DNA of 64,000 nucleotides from Octopus vulgaris. Its lineage: Eukaryota. The DNA lies in assembly GCA_951406725.2 (NCBI GenBank), contig OX597831.1:47554001-47618000 (forward strand), given 5' to 3'. The translations under genes and the position numbers were made by a program. This document shows positions 24,206-36,444 of the stretch, in pieces; position 1 is the first letter of the stretch; the number at the start of each line of letters is the position of its first letter. Below the pieces are notes generated by a model. It did not search any database. It was not told the DNA's origin and was given only the letters and a program-made list of their open reading frames with translations.

Positions 24206-25978
24206 AGCAACAGCAACGTTTCATTATTTAGATTTATTACAAAAGAAAGAGAACAGTGCTCATAATATTGGTAGATCCTTCAAGGCGGCAAGCTGGCAGA
24301 AATGTTAGCAAAGGCAGCGAGCTGCAGAAATGTTAACACGCTGGATGAAATGCTTAGTGGCTTTTTTGTCTATCTTCATGTTCTGAGTTCAAATTCTGCC
24401 GAGGTCGACTTTGCCTTTCATTCTTTCAGGATCTATCAACTAAATACAAGTTGCGTACTGGGGTCGATGTAATTGACTGGCCTCCATCCCCAACATTTTT
24501 GGTCTTGTGCCTAGAGTAGAAAAGAATATTGGTAGACCATTAAAGACTATTTAAATCATTGTCTGAGCATTAATTATTCTTGCTCCTGGTTGATCACAGT
24601 TCGATGATTGTAACCAGTAAAAGCATAGTAAAATATTAAAAGAAATTGAAACCATTATTTGAATATACAAAGGCAGCAAGCTGGCAGAATCTTTAGCGTG
24701 CCAGGCAAAAGCTTAGTGGCATTTCATTTGTCTTTACATTCTGAGTTCAAATACCATCAAGGTTGATTTTTGCTTTTCATCCCCTAGGGTTCAATAAAAT
24801 AAGTACCAGCTGAAAACTGAGGTCGATGTAATGGACTTAACCCTCCCCTAAAATTGCTGACCCTGTGCCAAAATTTCAAACTATATTTGAATATATTTGG
24901 TACTGCTAACAATCATAGCCACAAGAATCTAATTACAGTTAATTAATGGTTTATAATTAATATCATCATCATCATCATCGTTTTCCATGCTAGCATGGGT
25001 TGGACAGTTCGACCGGAGTCTGGGAAGCCAGGAGGCTGCACCAGGCTCCAGTCTGGATGCACTTCCTAACACCAACCACTCAGTGAGTGTAGTGGGTGCT
25101 TTTTATGTGCCACCGGCACAGGGGCCAGAGGTATATTTTTGAACATATAACATACGTTTATTCAGAAAAACATGACCCTAAAAAATCATGTAAGGTATAC
25201 ACAAAGATTACTTCTTATGTAGGATTGTTTTCTTAAAAGAAAAATTGAGAATTTTAAAAATTATTTCTTTTCAAGAAAATTCGAAAAAATTTTTTTGAAG
25301 GAAAAGTGGATGTTATTTGCCAGCAAAAATGATATATGTGAATGTATTCTTGTGGCATTTTCATTTTTTATCCATGAATTCCAGATCCCTCAGCATATAT
25401 GTGGAACAGAAAGACAGATATATGATATACTTAATATCAAAATAACATGCCAAAATAACAAAATTTTGTGGAGCAAGATACAAACAATTTCTTTATTTTA
25501 AATTTTGCTTAAGTAAATCATTGAAAAAATATACTGTGTGTTCACACATAAAATATGCTGTGAGTTCACTGTGATGCACAGTGATCGTTAAAATACCAAA
25601 CCAAAAATATTAAATATTACACAAAACTGTACTTAGATGCAGAGTGTCAGTGTAGTCATACAACTTACTAAATATATCAGCTTAATCTTCTTCAAATCAC
25701 AACCTGTCATTGCAAAACAGGAAAGGACATATTGGATAAAATAGTTGTTGATATAAAAAAGGCAGGGTGGCCATTGCTGGAATATCTGTAATTGTAAGTC
25801 TGCTCAATCTGAGTTGATCAGGGGTTATATGAAGGCAACAGCACTCAAGATCAACACTCAAGTAATTCAGCCACCAATAAGAAAGCTTCTATGAAATAAT
25901 TGTCAGATTTTGCTTAAATCTCATGCCACCATCTTAAAAAAATCTGATGTCTTAGACAACATTGGCTAATATAAAATA

Positions 25979-26283
25979 TTGGGTTGTCCGGAAAGTTTGT
26001 GCTGATTTTAAAGGAAAGAAAAAAGTCAATAAATACTTGCCATAACATTTTTAATCAACCAAATATGTACCATTTTGTTGCACAATATGTCTCCATCTTC
26101 CCTTTAACTTGAAAATACCCTCTTCCCAGAATTGAAAGTGGTTTCATGGCAAAGAATTCATCAAGGTATCTTTTTACGTCATCTGAATAAGTGGAAATTG
26201 GAAGGAGCAATATCTGGTGAATATGGAGGGTGGGGTAACACATCCCAGCTGAGCTGCTGCAATTTTTGTCTGGTTCCCAAAGC
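25979..26283 (-). mobile_element. 3' end of a second mariner element
   Basis: WDVLPHPPYSPDIAPSNFHLFR and DDVKRYLDEFFAMKP. TIR TA+ttgggttgtccggaaag. Confidence 0.8.
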
Positions 26284-26532
26284 ATCAAGTGCTGAAAATG
26301 AATGCGGGACTGGCTCCTGTGCAGGTGGCACATAAAAAGCACCATTTGAGTGTGGCTATTGCTAGTACCACCTTACTGGCCCTTGTGCTGGTGTAGAAAC
26401 TCTGCCAGATCAGATTGGAGTCTGGTGCAGCCATCTGGTTTGCCAGACCTCAGTCAAATCGTCCAACCCATGCTAGCATGGAAAGCGGATGGTAAACAAT
26501 GATGATGATGTATATATATATATATATATATA

Positions 26533-26667
26533 TGGTGGATACCATCAAGAGTGATACCGGAATGGACATAGCCAATCTGAAAGAAGCGGCCCAGGATAGA
26601 ACTGACTGGAGGACACTGATCCAATGAGTGACCGAGAGTGGACTTCGACTGAGTGGATAGAGAGAGA
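26533..26667 (+). mobile_element. RTE/BovB-like LINE 3' terminus
   Basis: Translates IKSDTGMDIANLKEAAQDRTDWRTLIQ*VTESGLRLSG*, the typical RTE C-terminus, followed by a (GA)n tail. Confidence 0.7.
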
Positions 26668-27642
26668 TATGGTGGATGTGACATCACTTCCCAACCAAGA
26701 TCCAATAATTTTTCACGAGTTAGCAAAGACCTGTGTGGTCTAGCATTGTCATGGTGGAATATGATTCCTCTATGAAATGCCAATTCTGGCTGTTTTTCTT
26801 TGATTGCTTCCTCCAGTTTCATTAGTTGTTGACAGTAAACATCTGAATTGATCGTTTAGTTCCTTGTAAACAGCTCAAAATACACAACACCTTTGTTATC
26901 CCACCAAATTGACAGCATGACCTTTTTTGATACAATTCATCTTTCGATGTGGTTTGTGCTGGTTTCTTATGTTTGGATCATGATCGTTTTTGATTGATGT
27001 TATTGTTATTTTTCATCGTCAGTGATGATTCTTTTAAAAAGAAGTCGATTTCATTGTGCTTAAGATGTATATTGCAAATATTGATTTGCTGTGTTAAGTG
27101 AATCTCTTTCAATCTATGTGGAACCTAGATGTCGAGGTTCTTAATGACTCCAAGACATTTTAAGTGATTTTCAATTGTTGTGTGTGATACATTTAAGCTC
27201 TCTGCAGTCTCTCGCACAGTTATATGGCAATCAGATTCAAGGCTTTGATTCAGTCATCATCAACTTCAGCAGGTCGACCAGAACGTTAGTTATCTTTGAG
27301 GGAAAAATCTCCCAAACAAAATTTCTTAAACCATTTCTGACATGTGTGTTCTGTTAAACAAGCAACACAATAAACTTCGCATATCTCTTCATGAGCCCCA
27401 GCAGCTTTCTTACCTTTACAGAAATAAGAAAAAACCAAAATATGGCAAAAATGTTTCTTTTTTGCACTCCGTGTTAAAATTGAAACTGAACTAACAGCTG
27501 TAAATAAAATTACGCACAATCTGCTTCTAAAGTAACGACTCTCAAATGTCAAAAGGAAAAAAAACTTATAACATTGACAAAGTCATTAAAAAAATCGTAA
27601 CTATTTATTTGCAAAAAAAAACGAAATTAGTTTCTTACCAAC

Positions 27643-27646
<4 letters not shown>
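26668..27646 (-). mobile_element. Mariner transposase relic (5' TIR to the HPPY motif)
   Basis: KGKKAAGAHEEICEVY…CQKWFKKF…DFSLKD and IIFHHDNARPH…LGWEVMSHPPY. TIR ends …caacccaa+TA. Confidence 0.88.
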
Positions 27647-27726
<80 letters not shown>

Positions 27727-27728
27727 TG

Positions 27729-27776
<48 letters not shown>

Positions 27777-27877
27777 GAATTAGAGATAATTTTGTAAGTT
27801 TGGAGTTATACTCCCTAATATTAATATTATATATATATATATATATATAGATAGATAGATGGATGGATGGATGGATT

Positions 27878-27912
<35 letters not shown>

Positions 27913-29024
27913 GCGTCGAGTTATATCAATATTAAAAAAATTTCCACCCTGTCATTTCATTTCGTATCATATTATCGACCTTCAAATTCTTCCATCTATA
28001 TTAACACGATTTATGTATATCTTTATCAGATTTTCCCGTTTATATTTACATGATTTATGTATATTTATATAATGTATATTTAATATAATTTGTATGGTGT
28101 ATGTACTGCGTGTGGCTTTGTATGTGCACGGTATTTGAGCTCTTTAGAGACGTTGTATATATAATAGGTTTCAGTTTTTCTTTTATATTTTATTTATATT
28201 TTGTATTTTGTATTTTCTTCATACATTTCATGTTTATTCACGCATTTATAGCTTTTTAAAATTACATCTTAATATATTTTAATACATTTTAATATACCTT
28301 GTAAAATTTTTATATATAATTTTATTTATTTATTTATTAAAAAATTTTTCTTTTTGTTTTTTTTATTATACCTTCACCTATCTTGGTGAAATCCTCCATT
28401 AGGTACGTTTTGCTTTCATATTGCTTCACACCTGTCCTCTATTTAAGCGTAAGCCTCTTGGTTGCATTGTTCAATCAGCGCCTGATGAATGTATGTAAAA
28501 CTATTAGTAGCACATAGAATGCATATGATATGAAGCATTTATAGTAATATTAGACTTTCATTAGATGGAGTACTCTTCTATTTTTACACAAATTAATTTC
28601 GTATATATATATATATATATACACACACATACAACTTATCTGACAGCTTAAAAAACTTAATACACACACACATATATATATATATACATATATATATATC
28701 GTTTAGATAAATTTCACTTTAAATCAGAGTATATATATTATTATTATTACGATATATTGTTATATACTTATTATTGTATAAAAGATGTTCATAGTCACGT
28801 TTTCTCCATAACTTATAAAACCATCGAGTTTGTTTACAAATATTATATGTAGTATTAGACAGTTATGTATCTATACATATAATTTGGCTGAGTTTGATGG
28901 GTGAGCATGTTGGCCAAATCGGATATGCAAGGAGCCATGTAAGTGTTGATTTGTGGGTTCAATTGTGGGTTAGCTCATCATTTTTCAGTCAATTGTTTAA
29001 ATAAATGTTGCTTTAAATTGGAGA

Positions 29025-29056
<32 letters not shown>

Positions 29057-29560
29057 TATTATTATTATTATTATTATATAGCTTCTGGAAGAGTATTTTC
29101 AATGCACCACTCGATACAGTCTTGGATTATCTACTCTCTTGAATTCTAGCCTTAAGTATGATCAAAGTTCTTCTGGTGTAGAAAATCCAAGAGTCACTTC
29201 GGTAAAACCAATGTTTGGGTCCGGCAAATAAAAAGACAGTGACCAGTTACAGTCATTTCAGTAGCACTCTGTTTTGATGCTATTGCACATAAAGGTTCAT
29301 TGTAAAGATTATGTAAAATTTATGGTTTAAAACATGAGAAAGTGCACCTTTTGATGCAAGTCTGATGAAGTGCCACTCTCACATTTGAAACTGCAAAATA
29401 TTACACAACTTTTCACATTGAACTTTTGTGTGCAATGGTGTTAAAAACGGATAATACAGAAATAATTGTAACTGGTCATTAAAGATGAGATAAACTCTTT
29501 CTTTTCTTATTTGAATAATTTCTCTCTCCCTCCCTCTCTCTCTCTTTATGTATATATATA

Positions 29561-29843
29561 AGTTCAGTAAAATTTAGATTTAGTTGAATATGGTACTTAA
29601 GTTAAAAGCACCAGAATTTAGTATGATATTATCTATATAATTCAACATGGGGTGATTACAATCAAAATAAGCAACAAGGATATCCAGAGGTAATGCAGTA
29701 CGATCGTTTCATGCGACTCCATTTAATTGAACATTGCTCTACATTTTAAAACTGATGTAATATTTGCATTGTTCAATTAAATGGAGTCGCATGAAACGAT
29801 CATACTGCATTACCTCTGGATATCCTTGTTACTTATTTTGATT
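29561..29843 (-). mobile_element. Hairpin element between (TA)n tracts
   Basis: 78-bp inverted arms at 29660-29737 and 29766-29843, plus a ~100-nt unpaired tail on the left. Confidence 0.7.
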
Positions 29844-30243
29844 ATATATATATAAGTATTTGTGTGTGTATATGACAAGGTGTGTGTATGTATGTATGTA
29901 TGTTTGTATGTATGTATGTGTATATACTTATTTCTACTTCCCATATTTCATAGTGGATTAATTTTGAAATTCCAGGCAAAGGCCTTTCAGACAGTCCAAA
30001 TCACAAGTTAGCAGAAGATCATTATTGTTTTAGCTACAGACATAGTAAATCATAATAATTTTAAAAATTTTGTGGTTAGGAGCTGTCAAAAAACAAAAAG
30101 AAAAAGAAAACGTCTGTATGTCTGAAGGGAAAAAAGGTATTAGTGAACATAACGATGGTGATGGTGTTGGTGGTGGTAGTGGTGGTGGTAGTGGTGACAA
30201 CAACGATGATGACAACACTTGTGATGGTGCTAGTTGGCAAGAG

Positions 30244-30445
30244 AGAAGAAGAAGAAGAAGAAGAAGAAGAAGAAGAAGAAGAAGGAGGAGGAGGAGGAGG
30301 AGGAGGAGAAGAAGAAGAAGAAGAAGAAGAAGAAGAAGAAGAAGAAGAAGAAGAAGAAGAAGAAGAAGAAGAAGAAGAAGAAGGAGAAGAAGAAGAAGAA
30401 GAAGAAGAAGAAGAAGAAGAAGAAGAAGAAGAAGAAGAAGAAGAA
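30244..30445. repeat. (GAA)n/(GGA)n tract (similar (CTT)n tract at 45492-45957)
   Basis: Pure purine/pyrimidine trinucleotide array. Confidence 0.95.
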
Positions 30446-30784
30446 AGAGGATTTATTAATAAAGTGATCTTGCAGGTATAGAATAATAGCAAAATATTAT
30501 AGGCTTCACTATTATAAACTTTGTAAATTTAAATAAAGAGAAAAACTGAAATTTAGAGAAAGAGAAGCAGAGAGACAGTGAAAAGGAGAGAGTTATTTCA
30601 CAGAGAAAGGAAAGAGGAGAAAGATTGAAGACAGATAGAAAAAGATAATTATATATATTGGGTTATCCTATAAATAATGCAGTTTTTTCAGTTGCATGAA
30701 CTAAAATTCAGAAGGGGTGGGGTAATAATTTTTACCTTGTTCTGTTCTTAGTGCAAGTTTTGAAGAATGCAGTTTGATTTTAAC

Positions 30785-30861
<77 letters not shown>

Positions 30862-30981
30862 TATATATATAGGTAGATAGATAAATAGAAACGCTCTATA
30901 AACGTATATATAGAGAGAGGTTTGTGTATATACATATATATAGAGAGAGAGGTTTATGTATAAATTATATATATATATAAA

Positions 30982-31450
30982 AAGTAGCTGTATACTGTCA
31001 ACTTAATGTGACAGTCCCATGAAGGGAATCATACTACTGCTATTTAGCCCTAGGAAGTAGCAATGCTTCCTCTTGGCCTTGACACATTTTCTGTGTCCTT
31101 ATGCTTGCAAATCAGTGAATGCATTTCACTAAAATTCTTATATGTTTGCAAAGGCTAGATAGGCATCTCCAACTAGCAAGCCATGCAACTCCAGACTGAT
31201 GATGAGCAAGGACTCAGAAACTAGTCTCTGAATGCAGGCTTAGCTGGGTGGAGGTGCTTGTCTCCCCCTTGCAAACATAAGGACACAGGAAATGTGTCAA
31301 GGCCAATAGGAAGCATCGCTGCTTCCTAGGGCTAAATAGCAGTAGTATGATTCCCTTCATGGGACTGTCACATTAAGCTGACGGTATACAACTACTTTAT
31401 TGTACCACTACTGCATAAATCTCTCTGAGATATTTAGAAATGTATTATTT
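30982..31450 (+). mobile_element. Non-coding hammerhead element with an inverted 5' arm, between (TA)n tracts
   Basis: The ~128-bp arm 30982-31110 is the reverse complement of 31269-31399. The ~50-nt 3' tail is absent from the inverted arm. Confidence 0.85.
31192..31230 (+). ncRNA. Intact type I hammerhead ribozyme
   Basis: CAGA-CTGATGA-TGAG(caagga)CTCA-GAAA-CTAG-TC-TCTG. Palindromic stem III ACTAGT, GUC cleavage after 31226. Stem I extends via TGCA/TGCA and AAGCC/GGCTT. Confidence 0.9.
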
Positions 31451-31487
31451 ATATATATATATATGTATGTATATATATATATATATA

Positions 31488-32458
31488 TAAGTAATACTAA
31501 GCAATTAAGGGTTTAGCAACGAATTGCCTTACCGCACACCGAATTTAGAAATAGCAGTCAAAGAGATTATAGCTATTTCTTCTACTAAAAGGGATGATAG
31601 ATTGCCGTCAATTCATTCTCTCTTACCTGTTTGTGTTTGCCTTTCAAATGCTGTGTTTTTACTGAGATCTCCTTTTAGTAGAAGAAATAGCTATAATCTC
31701 TTTGACTGCTATTTCTAAATTCGGTGTGCGGTAAGGCAATTCGTTGCTAAACCCTTAATTGCTTAGTATTACTTAAATTTTCCTCGAATGAGGCTTTTAC
31801 ATGCCGAAGACTACTTGGTGTAATTGATAATTATTCCAAATTAATTAATTTCACCCTTCATTGTTACTGATAACCATATTCATCCCAGTAAATGACCACA
31901 GCACTTTGTCTTGGCTACACGCGGGTGGGAAGGGACTGGTGACACAAACTTTCATTCACACTTTGAATTTGGTGATACTAGTTGTGGCTTCTAGCTCGCT
32001 CTGATACTGAGTTGAGTTGGTGCCTTCTAGTATCTCAAAATTCAATATACAATCATTCATGATTGTTTGTATCCTGCGCTGATGAGAGAAGAAGTTTGGG
32101 TAAGGTAGAATTATCTAATTCTTATGCTTTCCTAAGACTTGATTTCGAAACGTACGTCCGTAGGTGACTTAAAACTGTATGATAGATTGCCGTCAATTCA
32201 ATCTCTCTTACCTGTTTGTGTTTGCCTTTCAAATGCTGTGTTTTTACTGAGATCTCCCTTTTAGTAGAAGAAATAGCTATAATCTCTTTGACTGCTATTT
32301 CTAAATTCGGTGTGCGGTAAGGCAATTCGTTGCTAAACCCTTAATTGCTTAGTATTACTTAAATTTTCCTCGAATGAGGCTTTTACATGCCGAAGACTAC
32401 TTGGTGTAATTGATAATTATTCCAAATTAATTAATTTCACCCTTCATTGTTACTGATA
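31488..32458 (+). mobile_element. Retrozyme-like element: inverted arm plus partial tandem of a ~585-nt unit, between (TA)n tracts
   Basis: Near-identical ~279-bp direct repeats at 31594-31872 and 32179-32458. 31488-31594 is the reverse complement of part of the repeat. No coding ORF. Confidence 0.88.
32073..32164 (+). ncRNA. Intact type I hammerhead ribozyme with a ~60-nt extended stem II
   Basis: CCTGCG-CTGATGA-[GAGA..AAGTTT..AGAATT(atct)AATTCT..AGACTT..TTTC]-GAAA-CGTACG-TC-CGTAGG. Palindromic stem III ACGTACGT, GUC cleavage after 32158. Confidence 0.88.
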
Positions 32459-32473
32459 TATATATATATATAT

Positions 32474-33085
32474 TAATTAAAAGTTATAATGAATAAACAC
32501 TGGTATTGGTCAAAACAACTTTATAACATTCCCATATTATCATAAATCAAACATAAATATATATTACAACATCAGGACCTTCAATGGTAAAACCCAATGG
32601 TATAAAACATACACATATATATGAATAAAAGGTGATAAAGCCTAAAAGGGTAATAAAAATTTCTGGCAATGAATCTAAAATAATATAAATATAAATACAT
32701 AAAAATATAGGGCAAAGTGGTAATAAAAAAAGAGTCCATTCAAATCCATCTCTATGATCATTTCAAAAGATGTTACCTCACTTCGTCAATGTAAAATCCA
32801 TTAAGGAAATTCAAAGGCAATGACCTTTTCTTCAGGAGAAAACCAATGACTATTTCTGCATGAGACGTGATCATTTGACAGCCAGAAATGTGAGACTCTT
32901 GTAAATTTTCTCCTGAAGAAAATGTCATTGTCTTTGGATATCCTTAATGGATTTTACATTGACAAAGTGAGGCAGCATCTTTTGAAATGATCGTAGAAAT
33001 GGATTTGAATGGACTCTTTTCTGGTTACCACTTTGCCCTATGTTTTTATATATTTATATCATTTTAGTTCCATTGCCTTAAATTT
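32474..33085 (-). mobile_element. Older inverted-repeat element carrying two mirror-image hammerheads
   Basis: Diverged inverted arms ~32657-32842 and 32906-33085. The left end abuts (TA)n. Confidence 0.75.
32909..32999 (+). ncRNA. Degenerate hammerhead with long stem II (mirror copy on the minus strand at 32749-32839)
   Basis: TCTC-CTGAAGA-…ATCC(ttaat)GGAT…-GAAA-TGATCG-TA-GAAA. The minus copy reads GAAA-TGATCA-TA-GAGA, which restores stem I. Ancestral palindrome ACGATCGT is inferred. Confidence 0.65.
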
Positions 33086-35040
33086 GAGTGGCCCAAAGAG
33101 AAGGAAGACAGCTCGAGATCAGTAAGAAAAATCATTTGCAAGATTTATTTGATTAAATGCAGTGAAAATAAGGATATACTTTGGAAGAGAAGAGTGACAA
33201 CTTTTGGCATGTGTCAGTATTACTGGAACTCCTCTACAAAGCATCGTCATTTTCGTCTGCTAAATCTGTGGAGAGAAAGGAATTTATGCATATACAAAGA
33301 TTGTACAATTGTGATATTGTTAACAATCACATATAGTTGATTTTCACTCTTATTCTTTCTCTGGTTCTAAAATTAAGTATTTAAAGATTTTCTGTTCCTT
33401 CTTCTCAATTAGACACACTTTATATTATAAAGGAGTAATATCAACGAGTGATATAGACATGGTTTCTCTTTAGTGTCTCAAACAAAAGTTATGTGTCACA
33501 AGATGCAGTGGAAGGACTTGATGGCAAGAAAGGTTGTCGTCTGTAAAACGCTCTCTCAGGAAGCCTGTCAAACTCATGCCAGCACAAAAGAGTGGATGTA
33601 AATCATTAACCCATGATGGTAACAACAAAGACGATGATGATGATGATGATGATGATGAAGATGATGAAGATGATGATGATGATGATGAAGATGATGATGA
33701 TGATGATGATGATGATGAGTAATGTTATTTACAATAAAATCTTAACAGCTGTTATATAACTTTTATCATTGACTAAAACTGAACATTCTGCAGGTTATTA
33801 ACTCTAACACTTTAATATTTACCTTGATGTAGTTGAAAGTGGGCTTCTTGTTCAAAAACATGTTTTATGAAATATATTCACTACAAGGCATATTTTTGAA
33901 GTTGGCAGATGTCTCTTTTCTTTAGAAGTGCTTCCAACAGATATGAAACAAAAAAAAGATCATCATACAATTATCCTCATTTAACTTCTGTGTTTTATGC
34001 TGGCATGGGTTTGGAGGGTTTGACTGGTTCCAATGAGCCAAAAAACTGCACTGAGCTTCAACACCTGCGTCAAAGCAGGTGTTGAAGCTCAGTGTTGAAG
34101 TTTATAGGTGTAGGAGTGGCTGTGTGGTAAGTAGCTTGCTTACAAACCACATGGTTCCGAGTTCAGTCCCACTGTGTGGCACCTTGGGCAAGTGTCTTCT
34201 ACTATAGCCTCGGGCCCACCAAAGCCTTGTGAGTGGATTTGGTAGATGGAATCTGAAAGAAGCCCGTCGTATTTATGTATATGTATATATATGTATGTGT
34301 GTTTGTGTGTCTGTGTTTGTTCCCCCCAACATTGCTTGACAACTGATGCTGGTGTGTTTACATCCCCGTAACTTAGCAGTTTGGCAAAAGAGACCGATAG
34401 AACTAGGCTTACAAAGAATAAGTCCCGAGGTCGATTTGTTTGACTAAAGGTGGTGCTCCAGCATGGCTGTTGTCAAATGACTGAAACAAGTAAAAGAGAC
34501 TAAAAGAGACATGGTTTTTACTGCTGGATGCTCTTCCTAATGCCAACAACTTTACTGTATGTTCTGGGTGGTTTTTATATGACAGCCACGCTTGTGAGAT
34601 CACCGAGTAAAGTAATTTGCAAGATCGGACACCCTAAGGTAGGTGAGGGTACAGTATTGAGAATGGTGGCTTTGTGCCAGGTACTGAGAGGCTAAAATAT
34701 GATAGAAAAATGTGTCTTGTAACAGAGATATGGTAATGCCTTGATATATGAGCTTATTTATTCCTGGAGACCCCTCATAAAACAAAATCTTGTAAAACAG
34801 AGCAATAATTTCCCATAGATGCAATGTTATAAATCATAATTCATTGCCAGAAAAATATTTTACCTATAAAATTTATGGGCACAGGAGTGGCTGTGTGGTA
34901 AGTAGCTTGCTTACCAATCACATGGTTCCAGGTTCAGTCCCACTGTGTGGTACCTTGGGCAAGTGTCTTCTACTATAGCCACGGGCCAACCAAAGCCTTG
35001 TGAGTGGATTTGGTAGACGGAAACTGAAAGAAGCCTGTCG

Positions 35041-35151
<111 letters not shown>

Positions 35152-36444
35152 GTGTGTATATGTTTGCCCCCCAACATCGCTTGACAATTGATGGTGGTGT
35201 GTTTACGTCCCCGTAACTTAGCGGTTTGGTAAAAGCGACCGATAGAATAAGTACTAGGCTTCCAAAGAATAAGTCCTGGGGTCGATTTGCTCGACTAAAG
35301 ACGGTGCTCCAGTATGGCCACAGCCAAATGACTGAAACAAGTGAAAGAGAGTGTTATGTGAGTAGTCATGTAATTCTTCCACAGCAAGAACTTTGTTCTA
35401 TTCTGGCTCATTCTTTCATACCTTAATCTCTCATCTAACATAAAGCTTGTTCCTCCTCTACTGTAATCCCAGTCAGTCGAACAGTATCTTAGTTTTGAAA
35501 GCTGCATGTGCTGGCACCACCAAAAAGGTAAAAGAAAAGCACCCTGTACACTCTATAAAATAGTTGGCATTAGGAAGGGCATCCCGCTGTAGAAACTATG
35601 TCAAAGCAAACATAGGCTCATGAAGCCATCCTCAAACCTGCCAGATCCTATCGAGTCATCCAGCCCATGCCAATATGGAAGATGGACATGGTGATGACTA
35701 AGTATTTAATACTTGGTTCAGTTAAACTGGTTGAAACTTCTGAAGACTTTGCATGACTACAGTCCAATTACTGAAACCATTTAAGGAACATCACGAGGAC
35801 TAACAGAATATCAACCATGTTTAATGAATACAAATCTAGACAGAATTATAGAAGCATATTATAGAAGCATATTATGTACTTTACATTAATATAAAATCAG
35901 GTCAGTACAGTATTAATACACTAATGAAACGACATCCAGCCATCTGATGTGATGACAACTAATTCTCAAATTAATTCTTGGTGTAGCTAAATTAAATACA
36001 TTCAATCTGAAATAAGACATTCATGTGTAGGATGTCATCTGCTGGAGATATTTTCTATATTGATGTGTTAGTAATGCCTAATTGATCAATCAGTGAAATA
36101 AATTAATGTTGTGTCAGGGTATGAACTTAAGATAAAATGTATCAAAGGAATTATATAGAGAAATTTCATTGTTTAATTGTTCACAGGCCAAGCAGTACAC
36201 AGTATTATCTGTCATGCCAATAAATGAGTTTGTATGTTGTTATTCATTTTACTAGAAATAGCAGGAAGATTGCTTCAAATCACATGCAACTGCCTATTAT
36301 TAAGATTATCTTTTTGTTTTGTTTTGTTTTCTTCTTTTTAAAGTGTAGTCAGAGTTGGAAAGGCAGCAAGAATGACCCTTTTCAGCATCCCCCAAGACTG
36401 GCAGGAGGAATGGATGATATTAATCTCAGGTTAGAACGCTAGCT

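Noticed and set aside
28482-28540. CTGATGA in an AT-rich block between microsatellites
   Set aside because: No intact GAAA or stem I could be assigned. It may be a decayed pLTR but is unsupported.
30070-30492. Poly-R/E/K/S ORFs (also 45390-46032)
   Set aside because: Trinucleotide microsatellite artefacts.
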